This document shows positions 8,602 through 18,233 of a DNA stretch of 64,000 nt, piece by piece. Location of the stretch: IMG/VR virus record IMGVR_UViG_3300030329_004647, positions 62,001 to 126,000 of that record. One strand, written 5' to 3'. A program made the translations under genes and the position numbers. Position 1 is the stretch's first letter. Every line of letters starts with the position of its first letter. The notes below the pieces were generated by a model that was not told where the DNA came from, did no database searches, and was given only the letters and a program-made list of their open reading frames with translations.

Positions 8602-9149
8602 CCTATTTCTATATCAAAAGCTTTTCCAGTAGTATCACCAAAACCATCACCATTTAATGGTTCACCATCATAAGTTAATTCACTTATGATTTCGTAAATA
8701 TTTTCAGGAGTCTCTATCTGTAAGGCCTTTAGTTTTAATTTTTTAATATCAAAATCCTCATCATCATTGATTTCGAAATCACAACTATCCATAGTACCCT
8801 TTTCCCAAGTAACAAAACTAACCATAGTTCCACCACTAAACTTAGGCCAACTGTGTTCATTACTCAACTCAACGGTGGCATCACCAGTCTCAAACTCAAA
8901 TTCATCATCATTTATAGTAACATAAATCTTACATCCGAGATTACCACCCATAAAATGACCCAGGTCATCACAATCATACCACATTCCACGGTCCTCCAAC
9001 ACATCCTCTAAGTTATTAGTTAAAACAGACTCAATGTCTTCATCATTTTCTTTACAATATGATTTAACTTTATTTAGTTCGTCATCCGTAAATTTACTTC
9101 TTGTTATTTCATGGCCTGAACCCCCTAATATTATTTCTACTTTTTTCAC
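8598..9149 (-). CDS. hypothetical protein, acidic
   Basis: 183-aa ORF; stop codon overlaps the M15 gene stop (TTAA). Confidence 0.75.
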   Translation of the reverse strand: MKKVEIILGGSGHEITRSKFTDDELNKVKSYCKENDEDIESVLTNNLEDVLEDRGMWYDCDDLGHFMGGNLGCKIYVTINDDEFEFETGDATVELSNEHSWPKFSGGTMVSFVTWEKGTMDSCDFEINDDEDFDIKKLKLKALQIETPENIYEIISELTYDGEPLNGDGFGDTTGKAFDIEIG

Positions 9150-9250
9150 TTTTTTGTTTTTTTATCTAACTTTTCTATATTACGTAAAAGGTCTTTATTT
9201 GGTGAACTAAATAACTCTATTATAAATCTTATAAACCACATAATAATTAT

Positions 9251-9445
9251 TTAAGAAAACTTACGTTTTTTTTCCCACTCATCTTGAGAATGTTTTATAC
9301 CGTATAAGTAATACTCTTTTACTTTTTGTTCTTTATTTATTATCGCTGGACCCTTTATGTTATGAGTTTTTAGTTTCCCACCACAATCTTCAGCGTGTAC
9401 TTCAGTTATTGACCCGTCTTCTTCTTCTTTTATATATTTCGCCAT
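9251..9445 (-). CDS. hypothetical protein
   Basis: HNIKGPAII...EYYLYG motif resembles small repeat-derived phage proteins. Confidence 0.65.
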   Translation of the reverse strand: MAKYIKEEEDGSITEVHAEDCGGKLKTHNIKGPAIINKEQKVKEYYLYGIKHSQDEWEKKRKFS

Positions 9446-9496
9446 ATTATTTTTTTTATTTATTAAACTTGGTACAAAGTTAATAAATTTTTACGA

Positions 9497-9976
9497 TTAT
9501 ATCCATTTATTTTTCTTAAAATACCTCCACATACCTATTATTGTTAATAGAGTTAAAGCTACGAATATCCAAAATCCGTGGTCTCCAGTTAATAAAGGTA
9601 CATCATCAAAGTTCATTCCCCACATCCCAGTATAAAATGATAATGGTAAAAATATCGTGGACCATATTGTTAATAAGTTAAGTCGTTTATTCATTAACTC
9701 ATTATGTCGTCTATCTAACATATTCTCTAACATCTCATGAAGTTCTAATAAGTCACTAACATCCCCACCATCCTTAAAAATACCACCACTAAGTCTAATA
9801 TCGAGTAATGACTTTTTTAACATATAAAATTCTGTCGTATCTATATCCTTACCCTCAAAGATATCCTCCTCAAATTGCCTTAATTGTTGTTTTAATTTTT
9901 CCATATATCTATTGTCCATAATATTGATTCCACAAAATATAATAACCCTACCATCATCATTCCATAATGTGTCCAA
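9497..9976 (-). CDS. short CorA-like divalent cation transporter (C-terminal 2-TM part)
   Basis: MNKRLNLLTIWSTIFLPLSFYTGMWGMNF with the GMN signature and a second TM helix; the true start may be downstream (MEKLKQQL). Confidence 0.85.
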   Translation of the reverse strand: MDTLWNDDGRVIIFCGINIMDNRYMEKLKQQLRQFEEDIFEGKDIDTTEFYMLKKSLLDIRLSGGIFKDGGDVSDLLELHEMLENMLDRRHNELMNKRLNLLTIWSTIFLPLSFYTGMWGMNFDDVPLLTGDHGFWIFVALTLLTIIGMWRYFKKNKWI

Positions 9977-10146
9977 TTACCACTATGACCATAAGTTAAG
10001 TCTTGGTATATTGAGGGTATTGCTGATAACATCACTGAAAGACTAAAGATTATTTTCACCCACCTTCTTTCTGTTAAAGGTTTTCTTTTTGGTTTAATAC
10101 CATTTAACCTATCGATAACCTTAGTTATATCTCTGTGTTTTTTCAT
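9892..10146 (-). CDS. hypothetical membrane protein
   Basis: Two hydrophobic segments. Confidence 0.55.
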   Translation of the reverse strand: MKKHRDITKVIDRLNGIKPKRKPLTERRWVKIIFSLSVMLSAIPSIYQDLTYGHSGNWTHYGMMMVGLLYFVESILWTIDIWKN

Positions 10147-10258
10147 TTTTCTTTTTATTTATTTTTTCCCACTTAGTGAATTGTTTATCAATATACATCC
10201 AACAAGCTGTTATGGAAATCATAACAACTATACTTACAATGTCTACTATATTCATTTA

Positions 10259-10657
10259 TCAGTGATTTCTTTTACCATCGAATACACATACAAATACCAA
10301 ATCTTCGATATCACTTTTATTCCACACTTTATGAAAAGCCCCATCGGGAATCATTAATATATCCCCACCTCTAACTTTATAATCCATAGCACCAATCATC
10401 ATTTCACCATGACCACTTACAAAATGATATACTTCTTCTTGACCTTCATGGGAATGACCTGTAGTCTCTTTATTAGGGTGTAAAACGGTTTTCGATATTA
10501 CAAGATTTTCTAAACTATTATTATCCACTAGTGTATAAGTTTCATTTTCTTTAACTATTTTACTATCTGTTCTGTCTAATTTTATTTTCATTCCATTAAT
10601 TTTTTTATAAAAGCTATAATTAATACAACCAAACCAACAGGCCATATTAACAAACAT
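10259..10657 (-). CDS. cupin domain protein
   Basis: GHSHEGQEEVYHFVSGHG...GDILMIPDGAFHKV cupin motifs; the start is probably the internal MKIKLD. Confidence 0.85.
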   Translation of the reverse strand: MFVNMACWFGCINYSFYKKINGMKIKLDRTDSKIVKENETYTLVDNNSLENLVISKTVLHPNKETTGHSHEGQEEVYHFVSGHGEMMIGAMDYKVRGGDILMIPDGAFHKVWNKSDIEDLVFVCVFDGKRNH

Positions 10658-10836
10658 ACGACCTTATCAAAATTTGTTAGATTATCCCAACTAGCTCTCA
10701 CCTCCCAATGTGTTTTACCTAATGTAAAAACAAGGAGTTCTATAAAGAACATGAAGATTAATCCATAAAATAAGTAATTAATTAAAAAGGTCATAATACA
10801 ATATAAATAAAAATGCTTAAATAATAAAACGTTCAT
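10588..10836 (-). CDS. hypothetical membrane protein
   Basis: Hydrophobic; likely start at 10794, with TATTTATA (minus) at 10802-10809. Confidence 0.55.
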   Translation of the reverse strand: MNVLLFKHFYLYCIMTFLINYLFYGLIFMFFIELLVFTLGKTHWEVRASWDNLTNFDKVVCLLIWPVGLVVLIIAFIKKLME

Positions 10837-10876
10837 TCTTTAATTAATTGATATTTATAATAAAAACATATTAAAA

Positions 10877-11203
10877 ATGGCAAAAAAAATTACATTAACA
10901 GAAAATGAATTAATAGCACTTATAGAAAAAGTGGTTAAAGAACAAGTACAAGGTGAAGACCCAATTCTAAAATGTATTAATGAAACTATGAGAAACGCTA
11001 ATCTAGGTGAAATATCAGAGTTTCCAAAACCATGTATCACAGCTTTAGTAGCAATACAAAAGGGTGACCAATCACCATTAGAACTAATGCAACTTGGAGC
11101 TCAGTGTATGTCTGAAATGGATGGTGATGACTGGAAAAAAGTACAAGATAAAGGTGCAGAGGTTATGGAATGTATTAAGATTCACGGTACAATAGCGTAT
11201 TAA
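10877..11203 (+). CDS. Cys-containing hypothetical protein with class B leader (MAKKITLTENELIALIEKVVKEQ)
   Basis: Leader; TATTTATA at 10852-10859. Confidence 0.8.
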   Translation: MAKKITLTENELIALIEKVVKEQVQGEDPILKCINETMRNANLGEISEFPKPCITALVAIQKGDQSPLELMQLGAQCMSEMDGDDWKKVQDKGAEVMECIKIHGTIAY

Positions 11204-11284
11204 AAAAAAATATTTATTAATTTAAAAGATTTTTTTGAAGTACCTGCATATATATAGCTAGCTAGCATTTTAAATAATATAAAG

Positions 11285-11309
11285 AAAAAAGCTTTAAAGC
11301 TTTTTTTTT
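11285..11309 (+). terminator. palindromic AT-rich hairpin, possible terminator
   Basis: AAAAAAGCTTTAAAGCTTTTTTTT. Confidence 0.45.
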
Positions 11310-11370
11310 GCTTAAAGCAAAAGCATTTTATTCTATATTTTCCTAATATTTATTAAATAAAGAAACTACT

Positions 11371-11643
11371 ATGGCTTGTAATTGTAAAAAAACTATAACA
11401 AACTTTTTGGGTGGGGATGTTCCTAATAAAACTACATTTCTTAATTGTGCAGAAGCTGACGGAACACATAAGAACCCCATTACTAGAGGTAAGGTTCAAT
11501 GTGTAGCTGAAAATAATGTTTTATCCATTTACGACGTACTCCAAATAGAGGGTACATTAAATAATAGTGGAACAATCTATATGACTAGACCATATACAAC
11601 CACCACAACACAAGGTCTACCAATAACATTACTAGAAGTTTAA
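11371..11643 (+). CDS. hypothetical protein
   Basis: ORF track; TATTTATT at 11347-11354. Confidence 0.65.
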   Translation: MACNCKKTITNFLGGDVPNKTTFLNCAEADGTHKNPITRGKVQCVAENNVLSIYDVLQIEGTLNNSGTIYMTRPYTTTTTQGLPITLLEV

Positions 11644-11756
11644 AATGAAACCTACATTTAAAGAAGTAAAAGAATTAATGAAGACAATTATTAAGTCTAA
11701 TGTAGAAGAGGTTGTAATAGAAAAACCTAAATTTAAATTTCGAATAAAAAAATAAA

Positions 11757-12464
11757 CTAGTCCAAAGAAATTATATCACTAATTTTTTTACCACTACCTA
11801 CAATAGTGTACGGTTTTAAAGAACTATTACCACTACTACCTTTTATTCCCTTATATTGTAAAACAATACCGTTATTGTACATTTTATTATGTGTTGTAAA
11901 AGGTTCATCCATAAAATGATAACACCCGTCGGATGTGACCTTAACGGTTACATCATTTCCTTTATACTTTCTACTTAAAAACAACTCATCTACCTCTAAC
12001 TTTGAACATAATTCAACAATTCTAGGGTCACCATCCGTACTTTCTAACTTATTTACCAAATTTCTACGATTTTCTAAGTTTTCATTAGTACCACTTTGTG
12101 TTAATGAAGAAATTTTTGTGATTTTTACTCCAGGAATTCTATTTAAAGAGTTTAACCCCCTTGTTACACACGTATAAAAAGATGATTTACCTATTTTGTC
12201 GGTATTAAACCACTCATTTCTATCATAACGAAATAAATGAAAGAAAGAATGACATATAGATTCGATGATTTGAGCTGGATTTTCCACACCTTCTATAGAA
12301 ATTTCCCATACACTTGTCATTTCATACTTAATAGGACCATTTGTATTGGTTAATTCTTTTTCTCGTTGGGTGTAATCCTTTGTTAAACCTATTTTTACAT
12401 CATTTGAGATAAAATTTTCATCTGTTTGGTGAAAATACTCACCAGTGTATATATATTTTTTCAT
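11757..12464 (-). CDS. GIY-YIG / T5orf172-like domain protein
   Basis: KIGLTKDYTQREKELTNTNGP...YEMTSVWEI...IESICHSFF...NEWF pattern. Confidence 0.7.
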   Translation of the reverse strand: MKKYIYTGEYFHQTDENFISNDVKIGLTKDYTQREKELTNTNGPIKYEMTSVWEISIEGVENPAQIIESICHSFFHLFRYDRNEWFNTDKIGKSSFYTCVTRGLNSLNRIPGVKITKISSLTQSGTNENLENRRNLVNKLESTDGDPRIVELCSKLEVDELFLSRKYKGNDVTVKVTSDGCYHFMDEPFTTHNKMYNNGIVLQYKGIKGSSGNSSLKPYTIVGSGKKISDIISLD

Positions 12465-12468
12465 ATTA

Positions 12469-12476
12469 CAAATATA
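12469..12476 (-). promoter_or_regulatory. Bacteroidota -7 box (likely leaderless transcript)
   Basis: TATATTTG-TAAT-ATG; no clear -33 TTTG. Confidence 0.55.
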
Positions 12477-12506
12477 TTAAAAAAAAATTAAATAATGGTA
12501 AAATAA

Positions 12507-12538
12507 TTTGGTATTATTGAAACAAATTATTATCTTTG
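12507..12538 (+). promoter_or_regulatory. Bacteroidota sigma-A-type promoter
   Basis: TTTG (12507-12510), N20, TATCTTTG (12531-12538). Confidence 0.75.
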
Positions 12539-12586
12539 TAGTATAATATAATAGAAATGAATGTATAATTATAAAATAAAAAGAAT

Positions 12587-12823
12587 ATGTTAGAAATTAT
12601 CACGGGCTACTTAGTTTTATCAGTAATATTAATGATTATCTTTATTGAAATCAATAAAGAACAACTTTATGAACAGTATTTAGAGATTGAAGAAGAATAC
12701 TCTAGAAAACCTTCTAACAAGTGGTTTAATTTCTATATTTTTACTCACTTTTTAAAAGCTCCTATGTTGTGTCCTATGATATTTTTACTAATTTTAGGAA
12801 ATGGAGGTAAATTATTAAAATAA
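12587..12823 (+). CDS. hypothetical membrane protein
   Basis: Two hydrophobic segments. Confidence 0.65.
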   Translation: MLEIITGYLVLSVILMIIFIEINKEQLYEQYLEIEEEYSRKPSNKWFNFYIFTHFLKAPMLCPMIFLLILGNGGKLLK

Positions 12824-12850
12824 AAAAAGGGTCGTAAGACCCTTTTTTTT
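12822..12850. terminator. bidirectional intrinsic terminator
   Basis: AAAAAAAGGGTC-GTAA-GACCCTTTTTTTT between convergent genes. Confidence 0.9.
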
Positions 12851-12873
12851 ATATACTATCATTAAAAATATTA

Positions 12874-13413
12874 TTAAGACATTTCATCATCTATATCTTC
12901 TAATTCTTCTGGTTCTTCTACTTCTGGAAATGGTAATGGGTTTGAAACATCATCATAAGTTCTAGCAGCTCTTTGGTCTCTTCCAGACCCGACAAGTTCC
13001 GCGGTATAAGTCATAAAATTATTAATTTTAGTTAAAGTGTTAGCGATTTGTTTTCTGGTTCTAGAATCTTTAACGTAAGTGTAAGCTCTTTTTATGTTGT
13101 CTATGATATTTTCTATACCTTCCGCTGCAGCATGACCAGGATTTCTATCATATTGACCCTGTTCTAATAACACCTCTTGATAATCAGATAAATTTAACTT
13201 AGCTGTACCCTCTCTTAAAATAGATTGAGAGACCAATCTATAAGTTTTATTTATATCTTCATATAATTCTTCTAGTCGTTGAACGTCTGACTTAATAGCT
13301 GTTGGAGCTGGGTTGTACTTTTTACCGGTACCATCCATTCTTGACATCCACTTTTTAATACCCTTTACTTCTGATTCAGTAATGGTTGATGTTGTTTTTA
13401 ATTTACGATTCAT
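12874..13413 (-). CDS. hypothetical protein with divergent class A leader (ITESEVKGIKKWM)
   Basis: Internal ILRE and LLEQ sites; TATTTATA on the minus strand at 13449-13456. Confidence 0.75.
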   Translation of the reverse strand: MNRKLKTTSTITESEVKGIKKWMSRMDGTGKKYNPAPTAIKSDVQRLEELYEDINKTYRLVSQSILREGTAKLNLSDYQEVLLEQGQYDRNPGHAAAEGIENIIDNIKRAYTYVKDSRTRKQIANTLTKINNFMTYTAELVGSGRDQRAARTYDDVSNPLPFPEVEEPEELEDIDDEMS

Positions 13414-13477
13414 TTTTTAAGATTTATTATTTCTCTTATTACTATTCTTATAAATATAAGATAAAACGAAAGAATAA

Positions 13478-13509
13478 TTTGTTTATATCCTAATTTTTAT
13501 TTATCTTTG
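13478..13509 (+). promoter_or_regulatory. Bacteroidota sigma-A-type promoter
   Basis: TTTG (13478-13481), N20, TATCTTTG (13502-13509). Confidence 0.75.
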
Positions 13510-13528
13510 TATTACAAATATAAATAAG

Positions 13529-13807
13529 ATGACTGTAAAAAAATTAAAAGAAAAATGTAGGGAGTTGGGTCTAAAGGTTTCTGGGACAAAAGCAGAATTA
13601 AAGTCTAGAATAAAAAACCCCACAAAAAGTGATTTTGTAGATAAAACAAAAGAGTCCTGGATTAAAGTTAGTATTGGGTGGTCTGATAAAAAAACTCCAC
13701 TAATATCTAATCTAAAAGAAAAAGGTTTCGCTAAAGTATTGTGTTACGCTACTGACAGATTTTATTATATGGTTCGCCAAGACAAATGGTTGGAATCCCT
13801 AAAATAA
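13529..13807 (+). CDS. SAP domain DNA-binding protein
   Basis: MTVKKLKEKCRELGLKVSGTKAELKSRI matches the SAP consensus. Confidence 0.8.
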   Translation: MTVKKLKEKCRELGLKVSGTKAELKSRIKNPTKSDFVDKTKESWIKVSIGWSDKKTPLISNLKEKGFAKVLCYATDRFYYMVRQDKWLESLK

Positions 13808-13810
13808 ACC

Positions 13811-16282
13811 CTACATTAAAAAAGGTTTGTCATAAGGAGTTCTAGGCATTTTATCTAACACCTCACCTAACTCTACTTTTTTTATAATTCTTAAAGTTTT
13901 TAAAAGAGAATCAGGAGTAACTGATATGGTATCTATTCCCTCCCTCACCAAAAACTCTGCAAAATCTGGAAAATCTGAAGGACCTTGACCACATATACCA
14001 ACCTTAGTGTTGGTTTTTTTAGCTGACTTAATTAAAAATTTAATAGAATCTTTAACAGCTTCATTTCTTTCATCATATAAGTTAGCTACTAACGCGGAAT
14101 CTCTATCTAAACCTAAAGTAAGTTGGGTTAAGTCATTAGAACCTATTGAAAAACCATCTATATGTTTAGCAAATTTTTCAGCTAATAAAATATTTGACGG
14201 TAGTTCCGCCATAAGATATATTTCTAATTCATTTTCGCCTCTTTTTAAACCATATTCCTCCATTACCTCGTAAACTTTATTTAATTCGTCTACTGTACGA
14301 CAAAAAGGAATCATAACTACCACATTTTTAAGACCCATTTTTTCTCTCACTCTTTTTATAGCTTTACACTCCATACCAAAAGCCTCTTTGTATTCTTCTG
14401 AGTAATATCTAGAAGCACCCCTCCAACCAATCATTGGATTTTCCTCTACAGGTTCGAAGTGTTCTCCACCAAGTAAATTTCTATATTCGTTAGTTTTAAA
14501 ATCAGATAACCTAACTATAACTTTTTCTGGATAAAAAGAAGACGCGATTTTTGCAATACCATAAGATAGTCTTTTAATGAAAAAAGTTTCTTCATCCACA
14601 TAACCTCGAGTTAATTCATCTATTTGTGAGGATAATTTATCATCACCTAACTCTTTATGTCTTAACAAAGCTAATGGATGAGCTTGAATATAATTGTTTA
14701 TGATAAATTCTTCTCTAGCAAGCCCAACCCCCTTATGTGGCAAATTGGAAAACTTAAAAGCTAAATCAGGTGAGGCTACATTTAACATTATAGGTGTGTT
14801 TACCTTAGGAAGGTCTTGTAAGCTAGTCTCTACTTTTTTATAAGGTATCTCACCTTCATATACTTTACCCATATCCCCACTTGCACAACTTACAGTAACT
14901 AAGTCACCATCATTCAGTATTTCTGTAGCATTACCAGTTCCTACTATCGCGGGTACACCCATTTCTCTAGCGACAATAGCCGCGTGACAGGTTCTACCTC
15001 CTTTATTTGTTACAATAGCACCAGCTTTTTTCATTATAGGTTCCCAGTCAGGGTCAGTCATTTCAGTGACTAAAATATCACCATCTTTAAAATCTAATCC
15101 ATCAGCACTACCATCTCTACCATCTATAGAAAACATAATACTCACATTACCTACACCTATACCATCACCCACAGCAATTCCTTGTATTAGTTTTGTATTT
15201 TTAAAATCTTCTTCTAATTTATATTCTACAATCTTATCTTTTTCTTTTTGAGAATGTATTGTTTCTGGTCTAGCTTGAAGAATGTACAACTCATTAGTTA
15301 ATCCGTCTATTCCCCACTCCACATCCATAGGACACCAGTCGTTTTTTCTTTCAGAGTAGTAACGCTCTATTAATGTTACCCACTCAGCTATTTTTAAAAC
15401 TTCTTTGTCTGTAATACAAAATTCATTTTGTTGATAATCTTGTATGTTAACTATTTTTGTCATCTTTCCAGGGTCATCACCATATACCATTTTTTTATCT
15501 TTAACACCCATTCTTTTTTCGATAATAGAACTATATCCTTGTTCTAAAGTAGGTTTGAATACCATAAACTCATCAGGTGAAATAAAACCCTGGACAACCA
15601 TTTCCCCAAGTCCATATGAACCATTTATTAACACAGCGTCCTTAAAACCACTTTCAGTATCTATAGAAAAAGCTACACCTGAAGAACCCAAATCAGTTCT
15701 AACCATTTTTTGTACACATACTGATAAAGCAACATCAAAATGACTAAAACCAAAAGTATCCCTATATGAAATAGCTCTGTCCGTAAACAACGAAGCAAAA
15801 CAATTCCTAACAGACTCTAATAAAGATTCTGGACCCCTAACATTTAGATACGTTTCCTGTTGTCCTGCAAATGAAGCGTCTGGTAAGTCTTCCGCTGTAG
15901 CTGAAGACCTTACAGCTACATCAGTCATTTCTTGACCATACACTTTTGACATTTTATTGTATTTTTCTCTAACCTCATCTTTTAAGTCTTGAGGCCATTT
16001 ACCATTTCTAATAATTTGCCTAACCTCGGTACCTACCTTTCTGAGAGATACGACATTGTCTTTTTCGATTGAATTTATAAGTGTTTCAATTAATGTTTTT
16101 AATCCGTTATAACGCAAAAACTCCCAGTAAGCTTCTGAAGTTATAGCGAAACCGTCAGGAATTCTTATTCCGACAGATTTTAAGTTTTGAATCATTTCAC
16201 CTAAAGAGGCGTTTTTACCACCAACTAAAGGTAAATCATCCATAGAAACTTTATTTAAATCTACAGTATATTGTTTTTTCAT
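13811..16282 (-). CDS. ppsA: phosphoenolpyruvate synthase (pyruvate, water dikinase)
   Basis: VGGKNASLGEM, AVRSSATAEDLPDASFAGQQETYLN, ILQARPET, GGRTCHAAIVARE (phospho-His), ENPMIGWRG, FSIGSNDLTQLTLG. Confidence 0.97.
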   Translation of the reverse strand: MKKQYTVDLNKVSMDDLPLVGGKNASLGEMIQNLKSVGIRIPDGFAITSEAYWEFLRYNGLKTLIETLINSIEKDNVVSLRKVGTEVRQIIRNGKWPQDLKDEVREKYNKMSKVYGQEMTDVAVRSSATAEDLPDASFAGQQETYLNVRGPESLLESVRNCFASLFTDRAISYRDTFGFSHFDVALSVCVQKMVRTDLGSSGVAFSIDTESGFKDAVLINGSYGLGEMVVQGFISPDEFMVFKPTLEQGYSSIIEKRMGVKDKKMVYGDDPGKMTKIVNIQDYQQNEFCITDKEVLKIAEWVTLIERYYSERKNDWCPMDVEWGIDGLTNELYILQARPETIHSQKEKDKIVEYKLEEDFKNTKLIQGIAVGDGIGVGNVSIMFSIDGRDGSADGLDFKDGDILVTEMTDPDWEPIMKKAGAIVTNKGGRTCHAAIVAREMGVPAIVGTGNATEILNDGDLVTVSCASGDMGKVYEGEIPYKKVETSLQDLPKVNTPIMLNVASPDLAFKFSNLPHKGVGLAREEFIINNYIQAHPLALLRHKELGDDKLSSQIDELTRGYVDEETFFIKRLSYGIAKIASSFYPEKVIVRLSDFKTNEYRNLLGGEHFEPVEENPMIGWRGASRYYSEEYKEAFGMECKAIKRVREKMGLKNVVVMIPFCRTVDELNKVYEVMEEYGLKRGENELEIYLMAELPSNILLAEKFAKHIDGFSIGSNDLTQLTLGLDRDSALVANLYDERNEAVKDSIKFLIKSAKKTNTKVGICGQGPSDFPDFAEFLVREGIDTISVTPDSLLKTLRIIKKVELGEVLDKMPRTPYDKPFLM

Positions 16283-16373
16283 TTTTAAGATAGATAATTG
16301 TATAGTTATTATGACATAATTTAGATAGATACTAGATATTTATCAATAGAACACATTAAAATATTCAAAAAAG

Positions 16374-16673
16374 ATGAATCAAACAATAGAAAAAAATACT
16401 ATAAAAAAAGAAGGGGTAATGTTAGTGGATTTTTGGGCTGAATGGTGTGGACCGTGTAAAATGTTAGGTCCCATTATTGATGACGTAGCTAACCTATTCC
16501 CTAACAACGTTACTAAAATAAATGTAGACCATAATCAGGAAATAGCAGCTGAATATGGAATCAGGTCAATACCAACGATAATTATATTTAAAAATGGTGA
16601 GGTAATGGAAAAAATATTAGGTATAAGAAATAAAAACGAATATATTGATAAATTAAAGTATTATTTAAATTAA
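16374..16673 (+). CDS. trxA: thioredoxin
   Basis: DFWAEWCGPC active site, GIRSIPT. Confidence 0.95.
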   Translation: MNQTIEKNTIKKEGVMLVDFWAEWCGPCKMLGPIIDDVANLFPNNVTKINVDHNQEIAAEYGIRSIPTIIIFKNGEVMEKILGIRNKNEYIDKLKYYLN

Positions 16674-16991
16674 ATGGCAAAGATAGTATTAACAGAAAAA
16701 CAACTCCAAAATATCGTTAATGAAGTCATCGGTTTCACTACCAGTTACAAACAAGAAGCTGAGGATGAGTTAAAATCATTTATAAATGTCGTTGGCGGAC
16801 CAATTTTAAATATGAGTAAAAGTAAAGCTATACACGCGGACGACGTTATAGCTCAAAGAATTTATCAACTAACTACTGAAGGTGGAGAATTACACACATT
16901 AACACAAGAGTTAATAGACCTGTTAGAATCCTTACCAGATAAAAAACCTTATAAAGGAGGGATAGGGTTTAGAATGCCTGACAAAAAATAA
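16674..16991 (+). CDS. hypothetical protein with class B leader (MAKIVLTEKQLQNIVNE)
   Basis: Leader motif. Confidence 0.75.
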   Translation: MAKIVLTEKQLQNIVNEVIGFTTSYKQEAEDELKSFINVVGGPILNMSKSKAIHADDVIAQRIYQLTTEGGELHTLTQELIDLLESLPDKKPYKGGIGFRMPDKK

Positions 16992-16997
16992 AATATT

Positions 16998-17294
16998 ATG
17001 ATACTAACACAAAAAGAAAAAAATAGAATTAGAAAATTACATAAAGAACAGTCTATTGTTAAAGAAGCAACTGCGTCTGATAATAGTGGAAGTTATGAAG
17101 CTCCATTAACACATGAAAGAGAACACGATTTAGTGGGGATAGAGGTAATAGACACAGCACCTACTATTGATGTGGTTAGTATAGTCGATGATAGTGACGA
17201 AGGATTGGAAATTGATTTAGATAGTTTATTTGACGAACTAGCTATGTTTAATGTTGAGGACGACTCTAGTGATTTTTTTCCAGAAGACCTTTAG
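16998..17294 (+). CDS. acidic hypothetical protein with class A leader (MILTQKEKNRIRKLH...VKEA)
   Basis: Leader motif. Confidence 0.75.
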   Translation: MILTQKEKNRIRKLHKEQSIVKEATASDNSGSYEAPLTHEREHDLVGIEVIDTAPTIDVVSIVDDSDEGLEIDLDSLFDELAMFNVEDDSSDFFPEDL

Positions 17295-17727
17295 TTTTTT
17301 TAAACAACCCACAACCACATAAATCTAAATAATAATTAACCAAGTAACGAACTCTACTTGAACAACCTAGGAGTATAGCAGACACTTCTTTTTGATTAAT
17401 CCACTCACATCTTTCTATTCCTTCATTTTCATCAGGAACCAACTTACCACTATACTTTGTTTTCATCACAAACCAACTAGTTTCTTTTTGTAAAAAATTT
17501 TCTTTTAAAAAAACATGTCTAGTGTCTGTTAAATAAGAATGTAGTTTTAATTTTTTAAAAGGAATGCCTGTTTCTTCAGAAACTTCTCTAACAGCAGTTT
17601 CTTCAATAGATTCACCTAAATCTACTTTACCCTTTGGTAAATCCCAGTGACCCCTTCGGTGAATAAAAAGAATTTCTTCATTTTTATTAATAACTAACCC
17701 CCCCGCTGCTTTTATTATTTTTTTCAT
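17266..17727 (-). CDS. NUDIX hydrolase
   Basis: Nudix box PKGKVDLGESIEETAVREVSEETG; AAGGLVIN...WDLPKG as in Bacteroidota Nudix proteins. Confidence 0.93.
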   Translation of the reverse strand: MKKIIKAAGGLVINKNEEILFIHRRGHWDLPKGKVDLGESIEETAVREVSEETGIPFKKLKLHSYLTDTRHVFLKENFLQKETSWFVMKTKYSGKLVPDENEGIERCEWINQKEVSAILLGCSSRVRYLVNYYLDLCGCGLFKKTKGLLEKNH

Positions 17728-17843
17728 ACTAATTTAAGTTTAGACAGTTTTTATTTTTACTTCTTGAATAATTGTAAAATATTATTATCATTAACCATAA
17801 ACAAATAATTTTTACGTAATAAATTAAATATAATAAAAAAGTA

Positions 17844-18233
17844 ATGATAGTATATACACAAGAAAACTGTAAATTCTGTAAAGAACTTATAGATGAATTA
17901 ACAGAAAAAGAATACGAGTTCACACCAATAGACATTAATAAAGATGAGTATAGAGACGAATGGTTAAGAACCACAAGACTTACACTTATGCCTATGACAC
18001 CAACAGTTAAAATTAACGATGATATTTTATGTGCTGGTAGAGATTTTAGAGACGCTGCTCACTTTATAAAAATCTTAGAAAATATAGATGTTCATACAAA
18101 CCTAACACTAGAAGAAAGAATTTTTAGTATAGAGAGTAGTTTAAAAAATTTACAAATGACGGTAGGTAGGATAAATACCATTCTTAGTAGAGCTTCTCAA
18201 CCACAAGCACCACAAAAAAATATTAAGGAATAA
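17844..18233 (+). CDS. glutaredoxin-like protein with C-terminal coiled coil
   Basis: VYTQENCKFC (CxxC) and TPTVKIN. Confidence 0.8.
   Translation: MIVYTQENCKFCKELIDELTEKEYEFTPIDINKDEYRDEWLRTTRLTLMPMTPTVKINDDILCAGRDFRDAAHFIKILENIDVHTNLTLEERIFSIESSLKNLQMTVGRINTILSRASQPQAPQKNIKE

Noticed and set aside
11757-12464. Mobile homing endonuclease element
   Set aside because: The T5orf172/GIY-YIG-like domain is free-standing with its own promoter; no interrupted host gene or flanking repeats seen, so mobility is unsupported
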